36,989 nucleotides of DNA from Candidatus Rokuibacteriota bacterium (GCA_037443505.1 JBBIOF010000001.1:1-36989); one strand, 5' to 3'; numbered from the stretch's first letter, positions 25,894 through 34,407 are shown. Numbers and translations are program-made. The notes: generated from the sequence alone by a model not told the origin.

Positions 25894-26651
25894 TGCCCCC
25901 CGAAGTAGATCTCCTGCACGCGCGGGTCCTTGCGGACCTCCTCCGGCGTGCCGTCGGCGAAGAGCCGACCCTGGTGCAGGACGGTGATGCGGCTCACCAC
26001 GTCGAAGACCACGTCCATGTCGTGCTCGATCAGGAGGATGGTGATGTCGCCGTCCAGCCCCTGGATGGCCCGCGTCATCCGGGCCGACTCCGCGGGGGAC
26101 AGGCCGGCCGTGGGCTCGTCCAGCAGCAGCACCCGCGGCCTGCCCAGCAGCGCGAGCGCGATCTCCACCTGCCGCTGCTCGCCGTGGGAGAGGTTGCGCA
26201 CCAGCGCGTCGCGCCGGTCCGCCAGCCCCACGGTCTCCAGCGCCTCCTCGGCGCGGTTGTGGAGGCGCCGGTAGGTCCACAGGGGCCGCAGCATGGAGAA
26301 CCGCGCCGGCTCGAGCCCCAGCGCGGCCAGCACCAGGTTGTCGGTGACGCTGAGGCTGGGGAACAGGTTGGTGATCTGGAAGGTGCGCCCCAGGCCCAGG
26401 TGGGTGCGCCGGTGGCAGGGCACGCGGGTGATGTCCCGCCCGTGCAGGCGGATCCGCCCCGACGTCACCGGCATCTCGCCGCTGATCAGGCGGAACAGCG
26501 TGGTCTTGCCGGCCCCGTTGGGCCCGATGATGCCCCGCCGCTCCCCGGGCATCACGCTGAGGTTCACGCCGCGGACGGCCTCCACGCCCCAGAAGCGCCG
26601 CGTGACCTCCTCGCACTCCAGGGCGGGCGTGACGGCGGGCTCCGCGGGCAT
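25890..26651 (-). CDS. livG: Branched-chain-amino-acid-type ABC transporter ATP-binding protein (LivG family)
   Basis: 253-aa ORF with Walker A GPNGAGKTT, signature LSHGEQRQ and Walker B LLLDEPTAGL. The symbol is family-level only. Confidence 0.9.
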   Translation of the reverse strand: MPAEPAVTPALECEEVTRRFWGVEAVRGVNLSVMPGERRGIIGPNGAGKTTLFRLISGEMPVTSGRIRLHGRDITRVPCHRRTHLGLGRTFQITNLFPSLSVTDNLVLAALGLEPARFSMLRPLWTYRRLHNRAEEALETVGLADRRDALVRNLSHGEQRQVEIALALLGRPRVLLLDEPTAGLSPAESARMTRAIQGLDGDITILLIEHDMDVVFDVVSRITVLHQGRLFADGTPEEVRKDPRVQEIYFGGQ

Positions 26652-26655
26652 GGGC

Positions 26656-27606
26656 TCAGCGCCGGACCGGGCGGAGCAGCCCCAGCAGGCCGCGGGGCGC
26701 CCAGAGCGCGGTGACCACGTAGACGGCGGCCAGCACCATCACCCACCGCTCGGTGAACACGCTCACCGCCTTCTCCAGGACGGTGATCATGAAGGCCCCC
26801 AGCAGGGGGCCCACCAGGGTGCCGGGCCCGCCCACGATGACCATGAGCACGAACTGCATGGAGTGGGCGAGGTCCACGGCGTTGGGGCCCACGAAGCCGT
26901 TGTAGTAGGCGTAGAGGCTGCCGGCCAGGCCGGCGAAGGCGCCGGCGATGACCAGGGCCAGGTACTTGTGCAGCCACACGTTGAAGCCCAGCACGCGCAT
27001 GCGGCTCTCGCTGTCGCGGATGCCGACCAGCGTCCTGCCGAAGGGCGAGGCGACCAGGAGCAGGAGCAGCACCAGGCAGCCCGCGAACAGGGCGAGGGTG
27101 GCGTAGTAGAACTCCAGGCCCTCGCCGGCCAGCCAGCCGAGGCCCAGCCGGGGCCGCGGGATGCCCACGATGCCCGTGTCGCCCCCGGTGAGCGAGACCC
27201 AGCGGTAGGCCAGGCCCCAGGCGCACATGGCCACCGACAGGGTGATCATCATGAAGTAGATGCCGCTGGCCCGGAGCGCCAGCAGCCCCACGGCGGCCGA
27301 CGCCGCGGCGGCCAGGAGCACGCTGGCCCCCAGTGCGGTGCCGAAGGAGGCTCCGGAGCGGGTGGCCAGGAGCGCGGTGGTGTAGGCGCCCACGGTGAAG
27401 AAGGCCGCGTGCCCCAGGGAGGCCAGCCCCGTGTAGCCGATGAGCAGGTCGAGGCTGCCGGCCGCCACCGCGTAGATCAGGCACTCCGTGAGGACGATGA
27501 CCACGTAGGTGGGCAGGCTGGGCGGCAGCACCGCCAGCAGGACGAGCGCCACCCCCCCGGCCAGGACGAGGACGGCGCGGACCCGGCGGCCGGCCGGCGC
27601 CGTCAT
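26656..27606 (-). CDS. livM: Branched-chain-amino-acid-type ABC transporter permease (LivM family)
   Basis: ORF 26656..28080 trimmed to ATG 27606, which overlaps the LivH-type stop (ATGA). The 316-aa polytopic protein contains LLIGYTGLASLGHAAFF and TGGDTGI. Confidence 0.88.
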   Translation of the reverse strand: MTAPAGRRVRAVLVLAGGVALVLLAVLPPSLPTYVVIVLTECLIYAVAAGSLDLLIGYTGLASLGHAAFFTVGAYTTALLATRSGASFGTALGASVLLAAAASAAVGLLALRASGIYFMMITLSVAMCAWGLAYRWVSLTGGDTGIVGIPRPRLGLGWLAGEGLEFYYATLALFAGCLVLLLLLVASPFGRTLVGIRDSESRMRVLGFNVWLHKYLALVIAGAFAGLAGSLYAYYNGFVGPNAVDLAHSMQFVLMVIVGGPGTLVGPLLGAFMITVLEKAVSVFTERWVMVLAAVYVVTALWAPRGLLGLLRPVRR

Positions 27607-28457
27607 GACCGCCCGAACAGGCCGCTCGGCCGGAGCGCGAGCACGATCCCCATGGGGGCGAACAGGGTGAAGTAGGAGATCTCGGGGAAGAGCGCCTTGC
27701 CGAAGTTGTCGGCCAGGCCCAGCAGCACCGCCGCCACCAGGGCGCCGGTGAGGCTGCCCATGCCTCCCACGATGACCACCACGAAGGCGTAGGGCAGGAT
27801 CTCGAAGTCCACGCCGGGGTAGATGCCCATGAACGCCGAGCCCACCACCCCGCCGAACGCGGCCAGCAGCGCGCCGAGGCCGAACACGCCCATGCGGAGC
27901 AGCGGCACGTTGACGCCCAGCGCCTCGGTCATCTCGGCGTTGTCCACGGCGGCGCGGACCATGGCCCCGGCCCGCGTCCGCTCCTGGAACCACCAGAGCA
28001 CGACGAAGAGCAGGGCTGCCGCGCCGATCATGAACAGGCGCAGCACCGGGAAGCTGAGGCCGCCCACCTTCACGCTCCACCCGAAGTAGACCGGCCCCCG
28101 CAGGTTGAAGGGGTCGCCGCCCCAGACCAGCAGGCAGAGGTCCTGGACGAACAGCGCGATGCCCATGGTCAGGAGCATCTGGCGCAGATCGTCACCCTCC
28201 ACCGCCCGGAGGAACACGCGCTCCACCAGCATGCCGGCCAGCGCCACGGCCACCGCGGCCGCGGCCAGGGCCAGGTAGAAGCTGCCGGTCCGCGCGAAGA
28301 GGGCGACGCCCAGGTAGCCGCCCAGCAGGTAGAACGACCCGTGGGCGATGTTGACGATCTTCATGACGCCGAAGATGAGCGTGAGGCCACCGCCCACCAG
28401 GAAGAGGAGGGCGGCGTAGGAGATGCCGTTGAAGGCCTGGGTGATCCAGAACTGCAT
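27603..28457 (-). CDS. livH: Branched-chain-amino-acid-type ABC transporter permease (LivH family)
   Basis: 284-aa polytopic ORF containing QAFNGISYAALLFLVGGGLTLIFGVMKIVNIAHG. Confidence 0.9.
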   Translation of the reverse strand: MQFWITQAFNGISYAALLFLVGGGLTLIFGVMKIVNIAHGSFYLLGGYLGVALFARTGSFYLALAAAAVAVALAGMLVERVFLRAVEGDDLRQMLLTMGIALFVQDLCLLVWGGDPFNLRGPVYFGWSVKVGGLSFPVLRLFMIGAAALLFVVLWWFQERTRAGAMVRAAVDNAEMTEALGVNVPLLRMGVFGLGALLAAFGGVVGSAFMGIYPGVDFEILPYAFVVVIVGGMGSLTGALVAAVLLGLADNFGKALFPEISYFTLFAPMGIVLALRPSGLFGRS

Positions 28458-28478
28458 CGCCCGCGCCGCCCCCCGCGC

Positions 28479-29732
28479 CTAGCAGTGCTTGCAGGGAGGG
28501 TAGTCCCGGCTGTAGAGCGGCTGCTTCAGGTACTCCTCGGGGTTGTACTTCCAGAACTGCGAGACCGAGGGGTAGGTCTCGATCACGGTGTTCTGCCAGC
28601 CGTTGCCCACCTTGTCCACCCGGCGGAAGTAGACGTTCTGGATGATGTGGCCGTACCGGTCGATCTTCACGGGCCCGCGCGGGGTGTTCTTCACCTCGGT
28701 GGCCCGGAGGGTCTGGAAGAACCGGTCCTTGTCCTCGACGTCGCCGCCCACGGCCTTGAGCGCCTCCACGATCCACATGGCGGCGCCGTAGTTGATGGCC
28801 GCGGAGGTGCCCACGTACTCCTTCCGGGTGGCCTGCTTGATCCGGGCCAGGAAGCGCTTGTTCTCCGGCGTGTCCAGGGCGGCGCTCCACGGGTAGAAGG
28901 AGAGCACGCCCAGCGCCGTGTCGCCCAGCGCGGTGAGCAGCGTCTCGTCCGTGGCCGAGCCGGCCGCCAGCACCTTCTTCCTGTCCAGCACGCCCGCCTT
29001 GCGCAGCTCGCCGATCAGGCGGATGGATGCGGCCCCGGTCACCACGTCCAGGATCCCGTCGGCCTCGGGCTTGAGGCTGGCCACGTAGGGCCCGAAGTCG
29101 GTGGTGTTCACCGGGGTCCAGATCTTCTGGATGACCTGCCCGCCCAGCTCTTCGAACACCCGCTGGAAGCCGCCGGCGGTCTCGTAGCCCCAGCCGTAGT
29201 CCATGGCGATGGCGGCCACCTTGCGCCAGCCGAGCTTCCGGTAGGCGAAGTCGCCGGCCGCGTGGCCCAGCTCGCCGCCCGTGAAGCTCACCCGGGCCAG
29301 GTACTTCGACGCCTTGCGCTGGGTGAGGTCGTCGGAGGCCGCCAGGGTGATGATGAGCGGCACGCCGGCCTCCTGGGCCACGGGCGCGGCCGCGTAGGCC
29401 GCGGCGGCCATGAAGAGGCCCACCACCAGGTTGACCTTGTCGTGGGTGATCAGCTTCCGGATCTTCGTGACCGCCTGGGCGGGCTGGGCGCCCTCGTCCT
29501 CCTCCACCAGCTCGATCTTCCGCCCGGCGACCTGGTAGTCGATCTCCGAGAGGTAGAGCTTGAAGCCGTCGGCCATGTCGATGCCCATCTGGGCGAAGTT
29601 GCCCGTCCTGGGCGTGATCAGGCCGATCTTGATGGGCGGCCGGTCGGCCGCGGGCGCCGCGGGGACGAGCCCGCCGACGGCCACGATCACGGCGAGCCCG
29701 AGGGCCACGAGCTTCGACACCAGCGTCTTCAT
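28479..29732 (-). CDS. ABC transporter periplasmic substrate-binding protein (type-1 PBP, Leu/Ile/Val-binding family)
   Basis: 417-aa ORF. The signal peptide reads MKTLVSKLVALGLAVIVAVGGLVPAAPA|A, followed by PIKIGLITPRTGNFAQMG... The protein ends in PPCKHC. Confidence 0.9.
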   Translation of the reverse strand: MKTLVSKLVALGLAVIVAVGGLVPAAPAADRPPIKIGLITPRTGNFAQMGIDMADGFKLYLSEIDYQVAGRKIELVEEDEGAQPAQAVTKIRKLITHDKVNLVVGLFMAAAAYAAAPVAQEAGVPLIITLAASDDLTQRKASKYLARVSFTGGELGHAAGDFAYRKLGWRKVAAIAMDYGWGYETAGGFQRVFEELGGQVIQKIWTPVNTTDFGPYVASLKPEADGILDVVTGAASIRLIGELRKAGVLDRKKVLAAGSATDETLLTALGDTALGVLSFYPWSAALDTPENKRFLARIKQATRKEYVGTSAAINYGAAMWIVEALKAVGGDVEDKDRFFQTLRATEVKNTPRGPVKIDRYGHIIQNVYFRRVDKVGNGWQNTVIETYPSVSQFWKYNPEEYLKQPLYSRDYPPCKHC

Positions 29733-29751
29733 CGCGTCCTCCTCCTCCTCG

Positions 29752-30657
29752 TCACCTGGCGTCCTGGCGGAGCTCCGCCACCGCCTCGGCCAGCCGGTCG
29801 GCCTGGTCGGGGTCGCGCGTGACGGGCACGACCACCAGCGTGTCGATGTCGAGCGCGGCGTAGTCCTTCATCCGGGCCACCGCCTCGCGCGGCCCGCCGC
29901 AGATGGCGTTGCGGGCGGGGTCGAAGATCATCCGGCCGTAGTAGCCCGTGATGTACTCGGTCATGGTCCTGGCCGCGCGCTCGGGGTCGCGGTCGAAGCA
30001 GGCATACATCAGGGCCGCAATGGGGAAGCGCCGGGGGTCCTTGCCCTCCTCGGCGGCGAGCCGCCGCACCAGCGGGACGGCCTCCCGCCCGTACTCCGGC
30101 CCCCGCCCGCCCACGATGAACCCGTCGCCGAGCCGCACGGCCCGGCGGATGGCGGGCTCGGCGAAGCCGCCGAGCCAGATGGGCGTCGGCGGCGTCTCGG
30201 GCAGGGCGACCGGGCCTACCTTGACCTGGAACGCGCTGCCCTGGTGGTCCACCGGCCGGCCGGCCGCCGCCTCGCGCAGCAGCGCCACGGTCTCCTCGAG
30301 CCGGCGCGGCCGGCCCCGCATGGGGACGCCGGCGGCCTGGAAGTCGGCCTCCCGGGCGCCGATGGCCATGCCGAGGACGAACCGGCCCTCGGCCAGGCGC
30401 TGGATGGTGGCCACCTCCTTGGCAAGCAGCACCGGGCTCCAGAGCGTGCCCAGCAGGATGGAGGTCCCGAGCCGCACCCGCTCCGTCACCGCGGCCGCCG
30501 CCGCCAGCAGCGGCAGCGGCGCCAGGCTCGGGTAGACGAGCCGGTCGAGGACCCACACCGAGTCGAGCCCCTGGCGCTCGGCCCGCCGGGCGAAGTCGAG
30601 CGCGTCCTGCCGCGTCACGCCCGCCACCTGGGCGGGCAGCGCGATGCCGATCTTCAT
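29752..30657 (-). CDS. Luciferase-like (LLM class) flavin/F420-dependent oxidoreductase
   Basis: 301-aa ORF: MKIGIALP...LDFARRAERQGLDSVWVLDRL...RVRLGTSILL...EVATIQRLAEGRFVLGMAIG. This pattern is typical of LLM/F420-dependent family members. Confidence 0.85.
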   Translation of the reverse strand: MKIGIALPAQVAGVTRQDALDFARRAERQGLDSVWVLDRLVYPSLAPLPLLAAAAAVTERVRLGTSILLGTLWSPVLLAKEVATIQRLAEGRFVLGMAIGAREADFQAAGVPMRGRPRRLEETVALLREAAAGRPVDHQGSAFQVKVGPVALPETPPTPIWLGGFAEPAIRRAVRLGDGFIVGGRGPEYGREAVPLVRRLAAEEGKDPRRFPIAALMYACFDRDPERAARTMTEYITGYYGRMIFDPARNAICGGPREAVARMKDYAALDIDTLVVVPVTRDPDQADRLAEAVAELRQDAR

Positions 30658-30679
30658 GGCTGGCCCCTCCCCGCCCGGC

Positions 30680-31993
30680 TCAGCGCCCGGGCGCGCCGGG
30701 CCCGCCCCCGAGCCCCGGCTCCAGCTCGCGCGTGGTGGCGAGGGGTCCGGTGCCCGTCCAGTAGGGCGCGCCGGCCACCAGCAGCGTCTCGGCTGGGAAG
30801 CGCGTGATGACCTCGTGGCCCGTCTCGGTGACGAGCACCTCCTCCTCGATGCGCGCGGCCGACCAGCCGTCGGAGGCCGGCCAGAAGGTCTCCAGCGCGA
30901 TGACCATCCCGGCCTCGATGGTCACCGGGTGGTCCAGCGAGACCAGCCGGCTGATCACCGGCTGCTCCCACACGGAGAGCCCCACGCCGTGGCCGTACTG
31001 GAGCCCGAAGCACGCCTCCTCGCTGGGGAACCCGAACTCCTGGGCCCGCGGCCACACGCCGGCGATGTCGGCGGTGGTGATCCCGGGCTTCACCATGGCG
31101 ATGGCCACGTCGAGGTACTCGCGGCACCGCTTGTAGGCGTCCACCAGGGCCGGCGAGGCGCTGCCCACGGCGAAGGAGCGGTAGTAGCAGGTCCGGTAGC
31201 CCATGAACGACTGGATGATGTCGTAGTAGGCGGGGTCGCCCGGCCGCAGGACCCGGTCGGAGAAGATGTGCGGGTGCGGGCTGCAGCGCTCGCCGCCGAT
31301 GGCGTTGACGCCCTCCACGTCCTCCGACCCCATGGCGTAGAGGGTCCGCGCCGCCAGGGAGACCAGCTCGCTCTCGGACACGCCAGGGCGCATGGCGCGG
31401 TAGAGCTGCTCGTAGGTGGCGTCCACCATCATGGCCGCCGTGTTCATCAGGATGATCTCGTCCCGGGTCTTGATCCGGCGGGCGGCCTGCATGACCTGCT
31501 GGCCGTCCACCACGGTGAGCCCCTCCTTCTGGAGCGCGGCCAGGATGGGCAGCTCGATCACGTCCACGCCGAGCGGAGCCCGGTGCAGGCCCCGGGCCTC
31601 CAGCTCCCGCCGGATCTTGCGGGCGACGTCCTCGGCCCGGCCCATCTCGGGCGTCATGGCGCCCCGGAGCAGCGAGATGCCGGCGCGCGAGCGGCCCTCG
31701 CCCAGCCACGGGCAGTAGAGCTCGTGGTGCCTCGCCGCCGACCCGAAGTCCCACATGATGGGCTCGCCCCCCCGGGGCAGCAGCGTGAAGCGCGACAGCT
31801 TGTCGCGCGCCCACTGGCCGATGTTGGTGCTCGTGATGTAGCGGATGTTGTACATGTCGAAGCACAGCAGGCCGCCCAGCTCCGAGGCCTCCAGCTGGGC
31901 CTTCGCCCGCGCCAGCCGCTCACGGCGCAGCCGGTCGAAGTTCACCCGCTCTTCCCAGTCGACCGCCATCGTCCCGTACGTGTGCACCGCCAT
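30680..31993 (-). CDS. M24-fold (creatinase/prolidase-type) hydrolase with an atypical metal-ligand set
   Basis: ORF 30680..32011 trimmed to ATG 31993 (GGGAGGA 6 nt upstream). It has a creatinase-like N-domain plus a pita-bread domain. Motifs: PGDPAYYDIIQSFMGYRTCYYRSF, YGHGVGLSVWEQP, GMVIALETF and ARIEEEVLVTETG. Confidence 0.85.
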   Translation of the reverse strand: MAVHTYGTMAVDWEERVNFDRLRRERLARAKAQLEASELGGLLCFDMYNIRYITSTNIGQWARDKLSRFTLLPRGGEPIMWDFGSAARHHELYCPWLGEGRSRAGISLLRGAMTPEMGRAEDVARKIRRELEARGLHRAPLGVDVIELPILAALQKEGLTVVDGQQVMQAARRIKTRDEIILMNTAAMMVDATYEQLYRAMRPGVSESELVSLAARTLYAMGSEDVEGVNAIGGERCSPHPHIFSDRVLRPGDPAYYDIIQSFMGYRTCYYRSFAVGSASPALVDAYKRCREYLDVAIAMVKPGITTADIAGVWPRAQEFGFPSEEACFGLQYGHGVGLSVWEQPVISRLVSLDHPVTIEAGMVIALETFWPASDGWSAARIEEEVLVTETGHEVITRFPAETLLVAGAPYWTGTGPLATTRELEPGLGGGPGAPGR

Positions 31994-32074
31994 CGCTGGT
32001 CCTCCCGTCACGCCTTCCGTTGGGGGGCTGGCTGGACCGGTCCATCCGGGCGGCCCGCGGCCGCCCGCCCGGCG

Positions 32075-32314
32075 TCACCCTTCGATCAGGCCCACGATCG
32101 CGCCCACCTCGACCCGATGCCCCGGCTCGACCCGGATCTCGCGGACCACGCCGCCCGCCTCGGCCTCGATGACCACGTCGGCCTTCTCGGTCTCGACCTC
32201 CAGCAGGCCGGTGCCGGGCGCGACCCGGTCGCCCACCCTGACCAGCCACGCCTTGACCTCGCAGTCGGTGGTGTCCATGCCGAGCTTCGGGATGCGGATC
32301 TCGTGGAGGCTCAT
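32075..32314 (-). CDS. Stand-alone lipoyl-attachment domain protein (79 aa)
   Basis: C-terminal 79 codons of ORF 32075..32644. ATG 32314 overlaps the E1 beta stop (ATGA). The product MSLHEIRIPKLGMDTTDCEVKAWLVRVGDRVAPGTGLLEVETEKADVVIEAEAGGVVREIRVEPGHRVEVGAIVGLIEG carries the ETEKA lipoyl-lysine motif. Confidence 0.8.
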   Translation of the reverse strand: MSLHEIRIPKLGMDTTDCEVKAWLVRVGDRVAPGTGLLEVETEKADVVIEAEAGGVVREIRVEPGHRVEVGAIVGLIEG

Positions 32315-33291
32315 GCCCGCGCCCCCTCGAGGCAGGCGCGGCAGGCCTCGAGCAGCCGGTCCGCGGAGGGCAGCACCTGGGCCTCGAGCGGCGGGCTGAA
32401 CGGCACCGGGACGTCGGCCCGCGTGACGCGGCGGACGGGCGCCCGCAGGGCGTCCCAGGCCTCGTCCGCGAACAGCGCCGCCAGCTCCGCGGCGAACCCG
32501 CAGGTGCGGTTGGAGTCGTCGAAGACGACGACCCGGCCCGTCTTCCTCACCGAGGCGAGCAGGCCCTCGCGGTCCAGGGGCAGGAGGCTGCGCGGATCGA
32601 CCACCTCCACCGACGCGCCCTCGGCCGCCAGGGTGTCGGCGCACCGGAGCGCCTGCGGGACCAGGGGGCCCAGGGCCACGATGGTGAGGTCGGTGCCCTC
32701 GCGGGCCACCCGGGCCCGGCCCAGTGGGGTGACGTGGTCGCCGTCGGGCACCGGCCCCTTCTCGGCCAGGAGGGCGGAGGGGGCGAACACCATCACCGGG
32801 TCGTCCTCCCGGATCGCCGCCTTCAGCAGCCCCTTGGCGTCCCCGGCGGTCGCCGGCATCACGGTCTTCATGCCCATGTGGACCATCAGCGGGTAGAGGT
32901 GGTCCGAGTGCTGCCCGGCCAGGCCGCGCCGGGCGCCCGACGCCGCCACGACGTACGTGACCGGAATCCTGCCCTGGCCGCCCATCATGTAGCGCAGCTT
33001 CTGCGCCTGGTCGACCAGCTGGTCGAAGGCCACGAAGAGCAGGGCGTTGATCTGGAACTCCACGACGGGGCGCATCCCGGCGAGCGCCGCGCCCGTCGCC
33101 AGGCCCGTGAAGCCCGCCTCCGAGATGGGCGTGTCGAACACGCGCGAGGGCCCGAACTCCTCCACCAGGCCCTTCGTCAGGCCCCGGAGGCTCGCGCGCA
33201 CGTCCTCGCCGATGACCAGCACCGACGGGTCGCGGCGCATCTCCTCGCGCAGGCCCTCCCGCATCGCCTCCAGGTACCGGAGCTCGCGCAT
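32311..33291 (-). CDS. 2-oxoacid/acetoin dehydrogenase E1 component, beta subunit
   Basis: ORF 32311..33594 trimmed to ATG 33291 (GAGAGGAG upstream). It contains MREGLREEMRRDPSVLVIGEDV...RVFDTPISEAGFTGLATGAALAGMRPVVEF...GQHSD. Confidence 0.9.
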   Translation of the reverse strand: MRELRYLEAMREGLREEMRRDPSVLVIGEDVRASLRGLTKGLVEEFGPSRVFDTPISEAGFTGLATGAALAGMRPVVEFQINALLFVAFDQLVDQAQKLRYMMGGQGRIPVTYVVAASGARRGLAGQHSDHLYPLMVHMGMKTVMPATAGDAKGLLKAAIREDDPVMVFAPSALLAEKGPVPDGDHVTPLGRARVAREGTDLTIVALGPLVPQALRCADTLAAEGASVEVVDPRSLLPLDREGLLASVRKTGRVVVFDDSNRTCGFAAELAALFADEAWDALRAPVRRVTRADVPVPFSPPLEAQVLPSADRLLEACRACLEGARA

Positions 33292-33302
33292 CGTCGCTCC
33301 TC

Positions 33303-34298
33303 TCACCAGCCCCGCGCCGGCAGGCCGGGATAGGGCACCGCGTACATGCCGTCGAGGGCCTCCTCCGGCGCCGGCAGGGGGCTCTGCCGCGCGAAGGCCA
33401 CGGCCTCGTCCAGGAGCGCCTCGACCTCCTCGTCCACCCGGGCGGGATCGACCACCCCCTGCTCGCGGAGCCAGGCGGGGTAGGTCACCAGCGGGTCGCG
33501 CCGGCGCCAGGCCTCGACCTCCTCCTCGCTGCGGTACCTGATGCCCAGGGCCTTCTCGGCGGTGAAGTGGCCCACGAAGCGGTAGGTGCGGCACTCCAGG
33601 AACGTCGGCCCCCCGCCCGCCCGCGCCCGGGCCACCGCCGCGGACGCCGCGGCGTGGACGGCGAGGACGTCCATCCCGTCCACCGACTCGCCCGGCATCC
33701 GGTAGGCCGCGGCCCGGTCGGCCAGGCGCTCGAGCGGCGACATGTCACGGATGGAGGCGCTGATGGCGTAGCCGTTGTTCTCGCACACGAAGACCACGGG
33801 CAGCGTCCAGATGGCGGCCAGGTTCATGGCCTCGTGGACCACGCCCTGGTTGGTGGCGCCGTCGCCGAAGAAGGCCACGGCCACCCGGTCCTCGCCCCGG
33901 AGCCGGGCCGCCATCGCCGCCCCGCAGGCGATGGGGGCGCCGGCGCCGACGATGCCGTTGGCTCCGTAGATGCCCAGGGCCAGGTCGGCGATGTGCATGG
34001 AGCCGCCGCGGCCCCGGTTGTAGCCCGTGGCCTTGCCCATCAGCTCCGCCATCATGCGCCGGGGGTCGCCGCCCTTGGCCAGGATGTGGCCGTGGCCGCG
34101 GTGCGTGGACGTGATGACGTCGTCGGGGCGCAGCGCCCGGCACACGCCGGTGGCCACCGCCTCCTCGCCCACGTACTCGTGGGTGACCCCCGGGATCTCG
34201 TTGCGGTTCACCAGTTCGACGACGCGCTCCTCGAAGCGGCGGATCAGCCGCATCGTCCGGTAGAAGTCGATGAGCTGATCCTGGCTCGGGTGCCCCAT
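33303..34298 (-). CDS. 2-oxoacid/acetoin dehydrogenase E1 component, alpha subunit (TPP-dependent)
   Basis: 331-aa ORF. The ATG is preceded by GGAGGAG. The TPP motif is GDGATNQGVVHEAMNLAAIWTLPVVFVCENNGYAIS, with GRGGSMH upstream. Confidence 0.9.
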   Translation of the reverse strand: MGHPSQDQLIDFYRTMRLIRRFEERVVELVNRNEIPGVTHEYVGEEAVATGVCRALRPDDVITSTHRGHGHILAKGGDPRRMMAELMGKATGYNRGRGGSMHIADLALGIYGANGIVGAGAPIACGAAMAARLRGEDRVAVAFFGDGATNQGVVHEAMNLAAIWTLPVVFVCENNGYAISASIRDMSPLERLADRAAAYRMPGESVDGMDVLAVHAAASAAVARARAGGGPTFLECRTYRFVGHFTAEKALGIRYRSEEEVEAWRRRDPLVTYPAWLREQGVVDPARVDEEVEALLDEAVAFARQSPLPAPEEALDGMYAVPYPGLPARGW

Positions 34299-34398
34299 GG
34301 CCCTCCTCCGTCACGCTCCTCGCCGGAAACAACCTCCAACACCTACTCCGGCCACCGTCGGCCGTCAAGGGCCTCGTCGCCGCGCGCCGCCGCGGTCG

Positions 34399-34407
34399 TG
34401 GTAGGAT
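34399..34407 (+). promoter_or_regulatory. Extended -10 promoter candidate (TGGTAGGAT) 9 nt upstream of the lysC ATG
   Basis: TG-G-TAGGAT at 34399-34407, with ATG at 34417. There is no clear SD unless the AGGA inside the hexamer serves as one. Confidence 0.3.
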
